In this document: piece by piece, positions 14,322-32,885 of the stretch
How the letters are laid out: each line of letters begins with the position of its first letter
Position numbering within the stretch: the first letter of the stretch is position 1
Assembly (NCBI GenBank): GCA_964199315.1
Contig: OZ116704.1
Location: forward strand, 26,970,001-27,034,000
Reading direction: 5' to 3'
DNA length: 64,000 bases
Source of the DNA: Orbicella franksi
Lineage: Eukaryota
Translations under genes and position numbers: made by a program
Notes under the pieces: generated by a model
What the model saw: the letters and a program-made list of their open reading frames with translations, nothing else
Told to the model about the DNA's origin: nothing
Databases searched by the model: none

Positions 14322-17007
14322 ATAAGATATGGCAGAGGTTACAGCATTTTAAGTCTATTAGTTATAAATTCTTGATCGTCTTGTAAAGAGATATATTTCA
14401 ACTGCGAATGGACAGTTCAGTTAAAATTGAACAACACTCTTGATTTCAATCGAAATTCAATTCAACTTTCTTCTTCTCTCGATTCGCGACACACGAGAGA
14501 AACTCGCGTGAAGTGTTGCATGTTTCTCACGCGTGTGTTCTTTTAGCATTTAGTCACCAAAAGTATATTTTTTGCGATACGCACCATAAATCAAGCTTTC
14601 TAACAATAGAGAGGGCACCGTGGACATCTTCATCTTTCTAGATCACAGCAATTATACATATATAATGGTTTGCATTAGCGCAATGGTACTCGTCAAAGAC
14701 AGGAACCCATTAAGAGTGAGGATACTAAGGCTGGCGCGGGTGGAAATGGATTACACAATGGACAAACTTGAAAACGCCAGGTTCACGTTTTCAAGTTCCG
14801 CTCGCATTTCTTTAAAAATCTTGTCGGAACGTTGAATTCCCAGTTATATCACGGAGTAGGGCTAATGTCATGAAAATAAGCAACATGTTCTGCTTTATGT
14901 GTGACATTTTTTCAACAAAGCTGCTCAGGAAAATAGAGTGCATTGTTTTTAGCACTCTACCTCTCGCTTTTTTCATTCATTCCTTGACGTTCTCAGGGAA
15001 AGAACACAAAGGTCGTAGTTTAGTAATACACGGAAAGTATTCTTTCTGAAATTCGGTGAGATTTTTTCTAAGCTTTCTTATACACCCGTCTGTGTAGTTT
15101 CCAGCTAGTTCAGTTCAGGTTGTTCACTTGCAGTGGAGAGAATTCGAATCGTTCTCATTCAACAGTCACTCGCAATAAATGTTTAGTCTTTTAGCCTTAA
15201 TTGATAAGACTAAATCCTCTTACTTTATCGAAGAATAATTTATCCCAGAAATATTTATCATATTTAATGAGCCCAATGTTATGTTAACGTTATATAAAAC
15301 CCAGAGTTACAGATATTAAATAATATTTCAAATTTACATACTACATTAGTTGTGTTTTAAAGTGTATTCAAAACCTTTTCAGTCGTTCTGCGAATGTTAT
15401 TTAACCACAGTTATTGTAATGTCGTTCATTGTGTTCCAATTTCGCCAGCTGAAAATGTTCTCCTGTTATGTAATGTATATAAAATAACATTCGATCAATT
15501 TTGAACATCGATTGAGATTGTAAATTTCTTGAAGATTGAAAAGAAAGAGAATACAAGAAGTTGCATAATTTCGCGTTTGTGAAGCGTATGCTGTAAAATT
15601 TTGGGAAATGTAAAATTGTTTTGTAGAAAAAATGATTTGGCATAAGCTGCTTTGCTGTGATTTTGGTTTTCGAGGGGTTTTACTAGACTTACACTGCACG
15701 GAAAATCACTTTTGCTGTCGCGATGAAAGATTTGGTCTCACGATTTTTAAAAACGTAATTAAATGTAGATTTAGATGTAGAAGTCATCTTTAATTAATTT
15801 GAAAAAAGTAATAGGCTTTTCGCGTGTTATGCCCTTCCTGGCTAAAATGGATTTACTTAATGCTCTAATGTCTCGGCTATAATACTCGCTCTTTTCCCAC
15901 GACCTCATAAGCTACTGAGCTTTAATTTTAATCGTTCTTAAATGAAGGTTGTCTGTCTGTCCATATGGTCTGTCTGACAGTAAATGCCTCATGTAGTTCT
16001 TAGAATCACGAACACTATCATGCGGTGTTTAATGTTTCTGTTAATACAGTTTCTAAACTGCTGACATTAATTATAATCACTGAAATGCTCGCGACGAAGC
16101 TAAGATCATGTGCAAAAGGGCGGTAAGGGCCAGCCTCGTTCTCAAGAGCTATACTGAAAATGAGGCTTGAATAAGGCGGACTTTAGCGCAAGAACAACCT
16201 TTTGGGGTCAAACTCCATTTGGACTAGACTCAAATGCAGAGCGAAGGTGATTTTCTTTGCAGTGTGATCTTTATTTAAATAAAAGGAACGCTTCGAAAAC
16301 GGCTAGCTTTGTATATCCTAAGCCTGCTGGACTGTATAAACGCATTTTGTGGTACTCTAGTACTACTGCGCAGCAGGTTAAAGGGGCTGTGTCACCAGGT
16401 TGTCACGTCAACAGACTCATGCTTCAAATCTAAGCTTGCCATGAAAGGACTAGAAGGAACTACGCCTCATTTCTAAGGACAAATTAATTTACTCGTCAAC
16501 CTAATCTTCAAACGGACACGATTTTACTTTCACATTTATGTGTTGTTGTTGTTGTTGTTTTTTTCATTTGAAAATCAAGTTGTATGCTAGAACAAGTTAT
16601 TCGTGCAACGTAGGTATGTAGCCAGACGGGAATCTTCAATTGGGAAACATTGTCCTGATTTACCGCCAGATTCTCTAAAGTTACATCACAAGATACCGAC
16701 GGTAATTAAGGAGAATTTTTTTATTCCAATGTTAAGACCAGGTGACACAATTCCTTGAACTCTCACAGCATTCTCTGTCAAAAACGCAACCAAGCAAAAT
16801 TACTCCTTTAGTTAGACAGCTAAACAGTTCACATTCTAGGAAGCAAAACTTGTGTCGTTCTTCATCAGATGCACTGCAAGCAGTAAATAATAAACAAAAA
16901 TATCAGTTTATGTTGTTGCTTAGTTTCGTTTTCTTGTAGCATGGAATCTTGTGGTTTAGAAGGGTATATCAGCCTGACCCATCAGTCCGAAAATATTAAA
17001 CTTAACA

Positions 17008-17110
17008 ACCAGGCTTCGGTTGTTCAGCGGATAAATCACTATCCAGTTGGAAACGTAGTTTGTTTTGCCAACACTTATCCCCTGGATAGCGTTGTACATC
17101 CTTTAAACAA
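17008..17110. repeat. Fragment of a GGATAAATCACTATCC hairpin repeat family
   Basis: gttgttcagcggataaatcactatccag...ctggatagcg...tttaaacaa; the family is from recall. Confidence 0.4.
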
Positions 17111-17140
17111 GTAAAGCTGGTTTCTGTTGTATTAAACAAC

Positions 17141-17303
17141 TAAGAGTATTCCTACTTATCCCCTAGATGGCATGCAAGTTTATCCCGGGTTACCGCCCTC
17201 CGCCCCCCACCTCCAGCATTAAATTTGCCGGTACCAATGATTTACACACCTGGGCGGAGAGAGACACTATGAGAGTAAAGTGTCTTTCACAAGAACACAA
17301 TGT
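17141..17303 (-). mobile_element. SINE fragment, same family as 23512..23728
   Basis: Direct similarity to the 23.5-kb copy. Confidence 0.65.
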
Positions 17304-19840
17304 AAGGTATGTTAGGGGTATTTTGCAAGTTTTTCGTTCAGCATCACTGCCAACGGGCGTTGTACAGGGTCTTGCCCCCCTCTCCTTTCCATGCACAACT
17401 TCCGCAGACTAGGAATTTAGTTAGCAATAACCATCTCCTTCTTTGGTCCTGTAGTCTTGGCCAATCTCAAACTGTAACTTGAAATTGAGTGAAAGTTCTT
17501 TTAAAAAAGTGGGAGCTAACGCAAAATAATACCAGAATTATGCACAACCAGGCCGGGCTAGCGCACCACAGGCTTTCCTTTTTTTCTCATAGCGCACTAT
17601 ACGAGAGCAATTGGGAGACTGGGAGTGAGCAAGAAAGCCCGAGTGGGAGGTGGTAGTGAGTGAGGAGTGCGGGCAGTGATGGGAAGGAGAGAAATAGGAA
17701 AAGAAATTTCTCTGCGTTTCCTCTCCTTCCCATAAGTTCCCGCGCCCCTCCTCACTAGTTAAAATGCCTTTTGACCATCGCGCGGGCGACTGGGGACTAG
17801 GCAGGGGCTAATGCTTGAAACTTTGGTTGTACCTGACAAACTAGTCTCAAATTCCCCCCGGATAAGTAATACGTATTACGATCTTTTGACCGGATATTTG
17901 TATCAATGATGATAGTACCTTAATCCTTATGGGTTAAAACGAGGCAAGTTTCGTTTCACCTGCCAGCTCATTGAACAAACAAATCAAAGTTTTTTTGCAA
18001 ATGAAAATTATTTTGACGGCTTTCTCTTTTGTCTATTTTGTTTCTTTATCTTATTTGGCAAGAAGATGCAAGGTGTCCTTTCTCTTTTTTTGCAATATTT
18101 TCTGCCTCAACAGCTGATTCTATACGATAAAATTGCTTTACGGATATATTCGTCAACTGTGTTTAATCAGTTGCCAAATATCAAAGTGTAACTAAACGGA
18201 GTAATTTGGTTCGTACCCGCGGATCACTATTCGAGCCACACCGAAGCACTATTCCGTACGTGTTGTGTGTACATAAATTTTTCCTTTTCCCTCGCGTAAT
18301 TTTACAGCGCGGGTCTTCTAGAGGATGTCCCAAAGCTGGTACCAGGGAAATTAATCTCCACCTTCGTTCCCAGGGTCTTTCCGCAAATACAACAATCGCA
18401 CGTGTTCACGCGTGGAAAGCGCGCGTGGGAAAACCACATAAACCGGTCTTGGTTTGAACATTAATAGTTCGGGTAGAGCAACATTTTTTGCTTTGATTGG
18501 TTTACAGGGTGCGTTTAAAATTTTTTCAGTGTGCGCAAACTGTTGAGCTTAACTATCCTATTTAAAAGTAACACTCGTAAATTTCAAATCTCTCTTGTAA
18601 GTCAGGCCATTGATGGAGACATGCATGCCAATTTGCAGAAAGGAAAAAACTTCCAGTTACAATCCCCAGGATATTTTCTTTTTCTTCTTTACGAATTACC
18701 GTTCTTCCCCCAAATTTCTCTTGACTCAAAGAACGAAGGAGACTGCGTGCGGATTCCAGTCCCGCTCTGACCCCTCAGCTGAAGTTGTTTCTCAGTAGAC
18801 CCTAGTTCAACTCCTCGGTCATGCTTGTAAATAGCCAACTGGTCTGCCTCCCGCCAGTAGCCTATCATGTTTAGTTGATACATTTGTTTCTTTCCGTTTA
18901 AGTGGCATGCCTGTGAACTAGCTAGGTGTAGCTAAGCACATTGACCTCTATAGACAACAACATTGAACATTTTCATTTTTTTTTTAAAAAACGAAGCATC
19001 AGCTCCTGAGCAGGCCTGGTGGAGTGCGAAGGCAAGTTTTAAAGTAACTTTCTGTGACCAGAGATCTGTTCGCCTCGTCGATCTGTAATTTCACGTTTCG
19101 AAATTGTAATAAGTCCCGAACAGCGAGATCCAGTGAGATCTTATGACAAACTACATTCGAGTTGGAAAGAAATGAGGGTATATGATGAGCTTAGTAATGA
19201 GATAAGATAGATGTTAATCTATCAATGACACATGCTACTGGGAAACATAACATTCCGGAGTTAGACCTGTGAACACGGAGCTGATGTGAAACCGCTCCAA
19301 AAGTTTTGTGTTCAAGCTTACTTCTGCTTTATTGCTTGAGGTGGCATAATATAGCAGTTTACCTTGGCCTTTGCTTAAGAAGCAGCAAAATGCAAATGTC
19401 TTCAAATCGTGATTTTAATTCTCCTGTATCAACCTTGTTTCCATGGTGATTGTCCCCCCTCGCCATAAGAATGAGGTTGAACTTCATTGACAACGTCGTT
19501 CCATTCGAGGCCGTTTCTGTTTTGTAAATAGAAAAGTGTTTTCCTCGCTCTCCGTGGTATTATTTTCTCCTTGTTGCTTGCCTTCTGGCAAGAATTATTC
19601 TATTACTCCACGTAAACTTATAACTGCCCGTCTACCAGCAGGACTCACTCTGTTGCACTAGTTATTTTCCGACTGCACGTCAATTTGTTCAGATCAAAGT
19701 AAATCGACGGACGCCTTATATCTTAATATTAGCTTCGTAGCCAGGGTGCTGATATTAGATTTAAAATAAGTTCGTCAAGTCGCTGGAGCGAACAGACCAG
19801 TACAAGTACCGCTCGCGTCCGTCGACAGCTTGTCCCATTA

Positions 19841-19892
19841 CACGTGATCTGACGTCATCCTCTGACGATTCGTGACGTAGCATGACGCCAAT
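19841..19892. promoter_or_regulatory. E-box plus four TGACG (CRE/ATF) cores, enhancer/promoter-like
   Basis: CACGTG at 19841; TGACG at 19850 (full TGACGTCA), 19863, 19873 and 19883; CCAAT follows. Confidence 0.45.
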
Positions 19893-21102
19893 ATTAAAGT
19901 CATCATACACCCACGTTATCTTTGAGTACTTTGTTCCACTTACTAAAAGTAAAAAATAAAATTGATTCCGCACTTGTAGAGATTGAAATTTATTTTTAAC
20001 CTAAAATTGAGTGTTTCTATGGTTACTTTCATGGTCTGCTAAACTAAGTGACAAGTGGATACAGACTTCACTTACAAATTTAGAAACTTTCAAATATAAT
20101 CTCTTTTGCGTTTGTAAGCAAGGACAAAAAGGGCCATGCAGTTATATAAATTGCAAGAAGTTCTCATGGAGACAGCTTGTTATGTATTTATTATGTATTT
20201 ATTTATTTTTTAGTGGACCTCTCCGGTTCCATGGTCATCAATAAAAATCAAATGTGCAAATGTCATCTTGTGAAAAATCACAAACGTTTCGGACATTTCT
20301 TCTTTGTTTTTTCTCTTGAATTTATGTATCCCTTCAAGCGTTGCGCATCAACCGGGAAGAACAAGTTACTTCGTTTTGTTCATCCTAAACATTTTTTTAG
20401 TGAATAATGTTGCTACAACACATGAGTTGACGAAATCAGCCTAACGACGTTGGTCTTGATTTTGTGGAGCCTTGCGGACTCCAAAGGAGAGGTTGTCAAG
20501 AGAGAACAGAACATCACAAATAACAAAATAGAGTCTGTTTTTGTAACCTTTTCCTCATCCGGTATATGTTTGTTTAATATTGACGTCAGTTTGCGGAAGA
20601 ACCTTATATTGCCTGTGAAAATACTCATATGCTATGAAGCGAAACTAAGAAAACATAATGACACCGCTTGTGTTGAAGAAGCTCATTCACGTTATCTTGA
20701 GTTATTTTGGCCATGTACAAAATTACCTTTAAATTGAAGGTAAACTGAAAAAAAAAGTTTACCAAGATAGAAAAACACCGAAGACATAATAATAAACCTC
20801 TAAGGAACAAGAATGGTTAAGGATGGAAAAGATTGACGCGGATTACAAACGACAAACTTCACAAATTTAAGCGAAACTTTGCGAGATGTTCACATCCTGA
20901 CGTTGCTCCTGTAACATTAGAAAACGAGAGGTATATGTGGAGATCAGTGCAAGAGAATTTAATTCTGCATTTGTGGATCTGGTGTAGACTTGCAAAGGGA
21001 TCGGAAAATACTGTTCCAAGCAAACTCATTTCACGTTTGTACTCCAATAACTCTTTATTTGAATTCATATACTAACATTGCACAGCCGCACAACAAACAA
21101 GA

Positions 21103-21555
21103 TCATGATAAAGTAATGCTAAATATGAGCTTTTATTTGAATAGTCACACACTGGGGCTTCGTCCACAGAAAATATTGGAAGTTAGAACTACCTTGAAAA
21201 GCGTATAACAGAACCACATGAAAGTACTGCTTCAGTAGTTTCATTTGAATGGTCACACACTAGGGTCTCATCCATCGACAAAACGTTAGAACCACTTTTC
21301 ACGGTAAGACGAACAGCATAACATGAAAGTGCTACTCAATAGCTTTTATTTGAATTAACACACCAGGGTTTGTTCCCCAGATGTAACTGTTACAACAACC
21401 TTGTAAGCCAAAATAAACAGTACCACATGAAGGTACTGCTCAATAGTTTTCATTTGAACGGTCACACACTAGATCCGGTTTCATCCGGCGAACTCCTTTA
21501 AATAAAACCACCGTGTTCAGCACAATTTCAGGGCCAAAGGTATTGCTCAGTAGAT
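21103..21555 (+). repeat. Degenerate ~105-bp tandem repeat, ~4 copies
   Basis: catgaaagtactgctcaatagc/ttttcatttgaatggtcacacactagg recurs near 21103, 21217, 21322 and 21426, with a partial copy near 21535. Confidence 0.75.
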
Positions 21556-21558
21556 CTC

Positions 21559-21720
21559 AATAGACCAATTTCGATATATTAAAATTCAGCCTAAAACAAT
21601 AGACCTCACTTCGAGGATCTTGGGAAAAACTACAGAGTTTGTGGGATTTATTAACCGGAGCCTCGTGCAGAGGTCTATTGTGCTAGGCTGAATTTTAAAT
21701 ATATATCGAAATTGGTTTAC
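21559..21720. mobile_element. Hairpin MITE (ACCAATTTCGATATA...TATATCGAAATTGGT)
   Basis: Near end-to-end inverted complementarity. Confidence 0.7.
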
Positions 21721-23165
21721 TGAACGTTCACTCACTGACTACGGCATCACCTACTGATGGTAACCTATGAGCTTCCTCAGTGAACTCGCTTTGTGACTCG
21801 TATTTTTTTATGCAAATTTTATTCATAAAAACGTCGCAGTTACAGTAAAAACAGCTTTCATGACAAACAAACATCGTAAAGGGCAGAAACCGGTTTGTTT
21901 TACAATTTCCTCCTTGTACGCGATGATTCTTTATTTATCGAAAAAAGAAACGTTTTTTCCTTCTTGTATGCAATGATTCTTTATTTATCACAGTTTGACT
22001 AGCACACAAAAACAGGAACTCGGCATTTGCCCTATATTTGCCCCGCAACGAACAAAGTCGCTCTTTACCAGTTCCTTCTCTGCATCTACGTGTACCTCTA
22101 CTTAACTCACGTTTGCGTGCCATTATATGTGATCTAGGTTTTAAATTATATAACATGGGAAAGGTGACGTGAGAATAGCCTAACACGTACACATACGTCT
22201 CTATAGAGGCCCACTGCCAAAACACTTGAAAACTCTTTTAAAACAATTTACAGCAATGTGATAAATATCAGATTATTTATGTTCGGCTCGCGGCTATTTA
22301 AAACCCAGCAACTGTACTCGTGCACCATTTATCATAAAATTGTGATGTAATTATAATTGACGCGGAAAGTTTCATTATCCACCTAAAAAAGGAAATGCAA
22401 AAGATGACTTCCCCTCCCCCCAATTTTTTTCCCCTTGCTTCCTTCATTGGAAATAACAATATAACTAATGATTTACTGGTGTCTTTTTTGTGCTTCGCTT
22501 TCTATCAGAGAAAGATCAAAAAGCGGATGGAATATTTTTTTTTCTCCGAAAATTATGATCCTGCAAAACTGCAAAACCTGACTCCATCAGGCATTTCATG
22601 CCATTTCAAGTTAAGATTTTGTTGTTGTTTTTTTGCAATAACATATTTTGTAACACTAATATCAAATATCTACGACACTGTTTTGGAGCGCGACAACTGC
22701 CGCCTGAGGTGACGCAAGCAGCCTTTACTTTCTACGAAACGAACTTATTTCTCGTCCGATCTGCGTGGATGAGCGTTGGTTTACTTATCCCCGGCTTAAA
22801 ACAACAGCGGACTATTTTTTATTAAGTATTTCTGTTTATGATATATTGATATGTCATATCAAATCTTTTTTTTAGATGAACGAAAGTATTAGTTTCTAAA
22901 ATAACTGCTATCGAGCTGCGTCGGCGGGCTAATAAGGTTTTAAATGCATTTATCTTTGTTAATGTTAAGTATTTTATGAGACTTGTAAAATTTTAAATTA
23001 TTCTAAGGCTTTGTATTTCTTTTATATGCAGTGTAAAACGTAGGGATGCGAAGCGTTGACCGCATAGGGCGCACAGCGTAACCTATGTGGCCTTCGAGGA
23101 ACTAAACTACTCTAGTAAAACTAACTTCGTTTATTATATAAATATATATAATAGTTGAAAAAAAA

Positions 23166-23190
23166 ATATTATTATTATTATTATTATTTA
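23166..23190. repeat. (TTA)n microsatellite
   Basis: Seen directly in the sequence. Confidence 0.8.
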
Positions 23191-23511
23191 TCAACTTGAA
23201 GGTAGCCACCGTTGCGATTTAGTGAAGCTGACGTTTTGAGTGTTTATAGCCCTTTGTCAGAGCAGAGTGTTTTATACTTTGCACTTTGCACTGTGTAGTT
23301 GTACTTAAGGCTAACACTCCAAACGTCCGCTGCATGCACCGCGCTCGCTATGGCAGTTAATTTCCCTTTTTAACTTTCTTTTTTGTTTAATGGCAGTCAT
23401 TTTTGACTGTAAAAGATTTGTAATCACAAACAGACTTTCCGATGACCATGGAAAGGTTCACTCGTTCATAAACAGTAAAAATCATACATAGCGGCTTTAA
23501 ACACCTGGTAT

Positions 23512-23728
23512 AGGTAAAGTCTGCATACGAGCCAAGTCACTGGTACGTCAGGCCGGCGCTTATCCCGGTTTCCGTAACATGAAGCGACTAGGAGTATTTC
23601 TACTTCCCCTTGGCTGAGATGCTGGTCCATCACAGGGTTACGCCCAGCCGGTACCCATTTGTACACCTGGGTGGAGAATGGCACTGTGAGAATAAAGTGT
23701 CTTGCCAGCCCAAGAACACAACACAATG
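23512..23728 (-). mobile_element. 5'-truncated tRNA-derived SINE (Deu/Nin-like central domain)
   Basis: Shares ccggtacccatttgtacacctgggtggaga...gagaataaagtgtcttg...caagaacacaac with the copies at 17141 and 40050. The family name is from recall. Confidence 0.7.
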
Positions 23729-25571
23729 AAAGCCGGATTAAAACTATAAGCTGTACTTTCAACATTCATTTTTTTTTTCAGTCAAGTTGTCAGTCTAATT
23801 CATCTCCTGGCAGACATTTTCCACCTCGTGAAGAGATAGAACTTTTTCGCTGTTTTCTAGAAAAGTCTTAGACCCACAGGATCAGTTGAACCTGTATCTT
23901 TGACCAAGAATCTATAACGTACAAATTGATGGGGTTTTTGTTCAGTAATGCTTCAGTCGAACGGTTTTTTTTTTCTAAAAAACCTTGCATGACTTGAAAA
24001 TATTGAAATTGGGTTATAAACTGTCATGGTCTTGCTTTCCGACAGAAAACGCACAGAATCATATAACACAATAAAAGAAAAGGATATTAATGAAAAATTC
24101 CGCTTCCTACAGTCGGCATTGTTTCCGATAACTGTTGCCCTGGGTCATTCGAACTCGCCTTTTTTTAGCAGTAAACTACTAAACTACACGACAGTCACGG
24201 TGTCTTTACAAGACGATTTGAATTACTTCATTATTAAATATTCCTTGTGCTGTCTGGTTTTCCTTTGCAGTTTCTAATACCTTGAAAACGTCTGCCTAAT
24301 TTACATGTGCTAGTAAAGTATTCTTAGGTTTGTGCCAATGTGTATATTAGTGGCTACCGTTCACAGTGACGATGGTTTACTGTTGATCTGAAACGGCCTG
24401 AAACGCTTTCTCACACGTTACTTAATTGCATTATCACTTTGACTTGTTAAACTTGCTTGCGATCATAACAGTAAAATAATTTAATTGATTTGTGATCATA
24501 ACAAGACAATAAATTTTTACCGCGAAAGAAAAAACAAACGCCAGATCCTAGGTTTAATTGAAAATGGAGGACTTTTTATTAAAAAATCGTTTTCAATGTT
24601 TATTGATCAAAATTTCAATGGATGCGTTTGAAATTTATATTTCTCAAGTTCATTTTAGCTGTACTGTTGTCTTTTTGGTGGTTTTAGTTCACGTCCGCCG
24701 CTGGTCTCCAATTTTGCGGTTCACTGTAGCTGTGACAGTTGCTATAAAATTCCGCTTTGACTAATGAACTTTGCCTCGTTCGTAATCAATATTAAAAACT
24801 CGATACAAACTTTCTGTCTTAGCAGAAAGTATATTCAAGAATTATTTTTGGTCTGTTTCGAAAACAGATCATGGCGACTTTGCAAACGAACCGCTCGCTT
24901 GAATACGACGTCTATGTGGAATGCTGCCGTCTTTGACGCGATTCACCTCAGCTTGAATTGTGTTTTATTCATGAGTTGACTAAATATACACGCGGGTACT
25001 ATTTTTAGTGGTAGGTAGTTTCACTTGGCAGAATGAGTGGGCGAATTGACGCAATTCACATTGCGGAAAGTCGTCACTTTATGGACACATAGTATAACAA
25101 AATATGTTCTGCATGGGGAAGAAAAGACATTTTTCCTTCTTTACTTAATGCCATGGCGAGCGAAATAAAGTCAATGTCCGGTTAACTTTGAAGTGGTATT
25201 AACTCTCTTTTCGGACAAAACACGTTATAGGACTGTTGAAGTTAATTTATTTAGTGCTTCTCGATTGAAACTCGGTAAATTCACGATGGTGCGAATCTTT
25301 TTTGCGCTTCGCTGCCCAAAACCACTTGGCCCAAAATAAAACTGCTATTTACGGCGCGTAACAAGTGCTCAATTGAACTGCCAAATTAAATGACAACACC
25401 AATATAAAAGACCCTCAAAGAGACTTGTATTGTGTATTGTGTTTGTTGACTTCTTGTGCTATTGTTCGCGTCGAGAGCGGACAAAGACGTAATCATCGGA
25501 TACCATGATATCGGGGTAATTGGTTGTAATCCGGTATCACATGACCGAGTGAACGCTATAAGCGAATGAGC

Positions 25572-25578
25572 TATAAAT
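25572..25578 (+). promoter_or_regulatory. TATA box (TATAAAT) of ovo paralog B
   Basis: TATAAAT 200 nt upstream of the ATG, with ATTGG (CCAAT) ~50 nt further upstream. Confidence 0.55.
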
Positions 25579-25771
25579 TTACTTCGCACCTCTAACGGTC
25601 TCTCATGGTTCGCAGCACCGATCACATCAGCACGTGTCGTACAAACTGCACGGCTGTTACGAGCTGAAATTTCATCAGTCGGTCCAAATTTGGTGTGGGT
25701 AAACTTCTCAAGGTTCGAACCGTTCCTTCTTTCATCTTCTCGATTTTGAGCTGATTTTTGCCGAAACCACC

Positions 25772-30480
<4,709 letters not shown>

Positions 30481-31978
30481 AAATGTCTCAAAGTTCTTGT
30501 TTTCGATTCAGAAACACCATGACATGCTGTCTTAAGTGATTTTTTCTACCTTTTGAATTGTGAGCTCTTGGCTTCATGACTAAATTAAATGGAAGTTTTC
30601 GTTTATTGATAGACACTGATTACGTTTACACCATTTAAAACATTGGAGACTCAGTTACATTTATTCATACGTAACAGAACCATTTAAACGTAAGCCAGTT
30701 AATGCTAGTTGAAACAGACTGAAAGTAGTGGCTAGACAAGCCAACACCAATTTTCTTCTTACGAGAATATCACTGCTTTTTGTGTCGGTTCTCAAAACAT
30801 CAATTCTCCTTACTGAGTTCAATACACTTTATTCAATGTTACTTCTGAGAATTTCTTAGAACATTAAGATTATCTCTGCCAGTTAGGAGAGTCAAGAAGG
30901 GAAGGGGTTAAAATGCCAATTCCCATGCAATCGTAGCCCAAACCTTAGTCTCGTTCCCATTGTTTGCTTGTGATTTCTAGTCCCAGTGACCCAAATTACA
31001 TTTTCGTAGTGAAAAACAGTAGGAAAGGCCCCTTAGTAATGGTAGAAGTTCAGAATTAACCCCTTTATTTGTGGTGGATTCTCACCGATTTGTGGTGGAT
31101 TACATTAACGTCCCCTCAGTTGATGATTTTCCCTATTCTCACCACGTGACTACTTGACAGTGTATTGATCTTGTAAGGAGAAAGTTGATGTCTATCACTC
31201 ATGGTAGTTAAGGGTTTATTGTTCGAGCTCCAAATGTTAATAATAGTTTTGATTTTTGGTATGTAGTAGATTTTGAGTGAGATCATGTTACAATCAAATT
31301 AACCTTTTGAATAATTTTAAGGGGAAATCAGTCAATACTATCATGGTGATATCAAAATAAATTTAATTTTGTTGATGATTCAGTTATCCTTGTTACTTAC
31401 AGATACTGAGATCTTCGCTGACCTTCTTGTTCTGATCTCACTGCCCAATAGACCTTTTTAGCTTGAGCGGTTTTTTGCCCCATTTCAGACCATGTAATGA
31501 CACTCATGAGAATTCTTGCTTTCAAATTTTCAAACAGTCACGTGTATATGAATAAATAATTAGTCAATTCTCTAGAGAATATCATGTGGTCTGTAATGGG
31601 AAAACCGACCGCTCAAGCCAAAAAGGTTTCTTAGTACGCAGCGTAACGTTTTTTTAACTTTTTTTGTGCCAGTTGTGAGCCAGTCTGTATTTGTCACTCC
31701 TAACAAACATACCTCTTTTTAAATCATATCTACAACGGCCAATTGAAGGAAACTATCACGGTAATTTTGCTACATGTTCTCTCAACCTCAGATAATGCAT
31801 TTTCTGAAAATAATTTTGGCAAGTGCCGTTTAACTTAAATTTTGGCGGTAGGCGAAAAGTTCCATCGGTAAAAAAATTACTGAAATTGCAAATTAGGTGA
31901 TGAGCAGTTACCGCGAGAATACAATAACCAATGGGCAATACCTTCCACAGAATTAAGCTTAACTTTGGTACATGGAGA

Positions 31979-32118
31979 GCCCCAACCAAACGATCGCAAC
32001 ATTTCAACGCGACTTTATATCGCAACATTGTTGGGCGCAACATGTTGCACGCGTTTGGCCACTCTGTTGCGACGTGTTGCGACATGTTAATTGTTGTTGG
32101 CTCAAGTTTGAAAATGGC
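31979..32118. repeat. GCAACA/TGTTGC-rich interspersed repeat fragment
   Basis: Related copy at 46751..46935. Confidence 0.55.
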
Positions 32119-32680
32119 GAAACTTGACGGTCAGCAACACCTGATTCAGAGATAGAGTAGACAGACAATCACAGCCTTTATGATGAAATCGCCGTAAGTA
32201 AACAAGTTGAGTCATAGGCGACGAAACAAGGCGCTTCCCCCCCCCCCCCCCCCCGCCGAAACGACAATTTTTGGGGAGCTCAGCCCCCCAAAATTAGCGT
32301 TCTTGATCACTAGACTTCCTGTGCAAGTCAAAATGAAGTTAGAGTCTCAGAGGTGGCGGAGCATTTTGAAACATGGGGGGCTCATCGTTAAGCAAAGCAC
32401 ATACCTCTACTCATATTTTACAAAATGTCTTTTGCGTTGTTTGTTTGCACAAACAAACTTCTTTGCGATGTTCAATGTGTCCGTAATAAAGTTATGACAA
32501 TGCAGGAGGAGGCAGTTGTTTAAACGATCCTGCTTCACGGTGCCTCTAAGGTGGTTTTCAGTTTGTGCTCAGAGGTGGCCAACGCCCTATGGGGCGCCGT
32601 TTGTAAAAAAAATGATTTACCTTAATTTTGTCATTTTTTCGTTATTTATTAAATAAAGTTTTGTGATACGATATCATACG

Positions 32681-32885
32681 TTGATGATTTGATATAATAA
32701 ATCCTGATTTCAAATCATGCGCTTATGATTTGATATAATAAATTCTTATTTCAAGTCGTGTGTTTATGATTTGATATGATGAATCCTGATTTCAAATCAG
32801 ACGTTTATGATTTGATATAATAAATCCTGATTTCAAATCATAAGTTTACAATTTGATATAATAAATCCTGATTTCGAATCTTGCG
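32681..32885. repeat. 41-bp tandem repeat (5 copies) in the foldback left arm, with TGATTT-N-AAATCA palindromes
   Basis: (g/a)atttgatat starts at 32686, 32727, 32768, 32809 and 32850; mirrored in the right arm. Confidence 0.85.

Noticed and set aside
19363-19839. Minus-strand two-exon coding model between the ovo genes
   Set aside because: The upstream exon ends in phase 2 but the downstream open frame needs phase 1. It is kept only as a possible non-coding RNA.
23866-23890. LDP/RPTG-like text recalling pri/tal peptides (LDPTGxY)
   Set aside because: The motif is split across reading frames and no matching small ORF exists.
32681-32885. CRISPR-like periodicity in the 41-bp array (also the 105-bp array at 21.1 kb)
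   Set aside because: There are no unique spacers and no cas genes, and the context is eukaryotic; these are ordinary tandem repeats.
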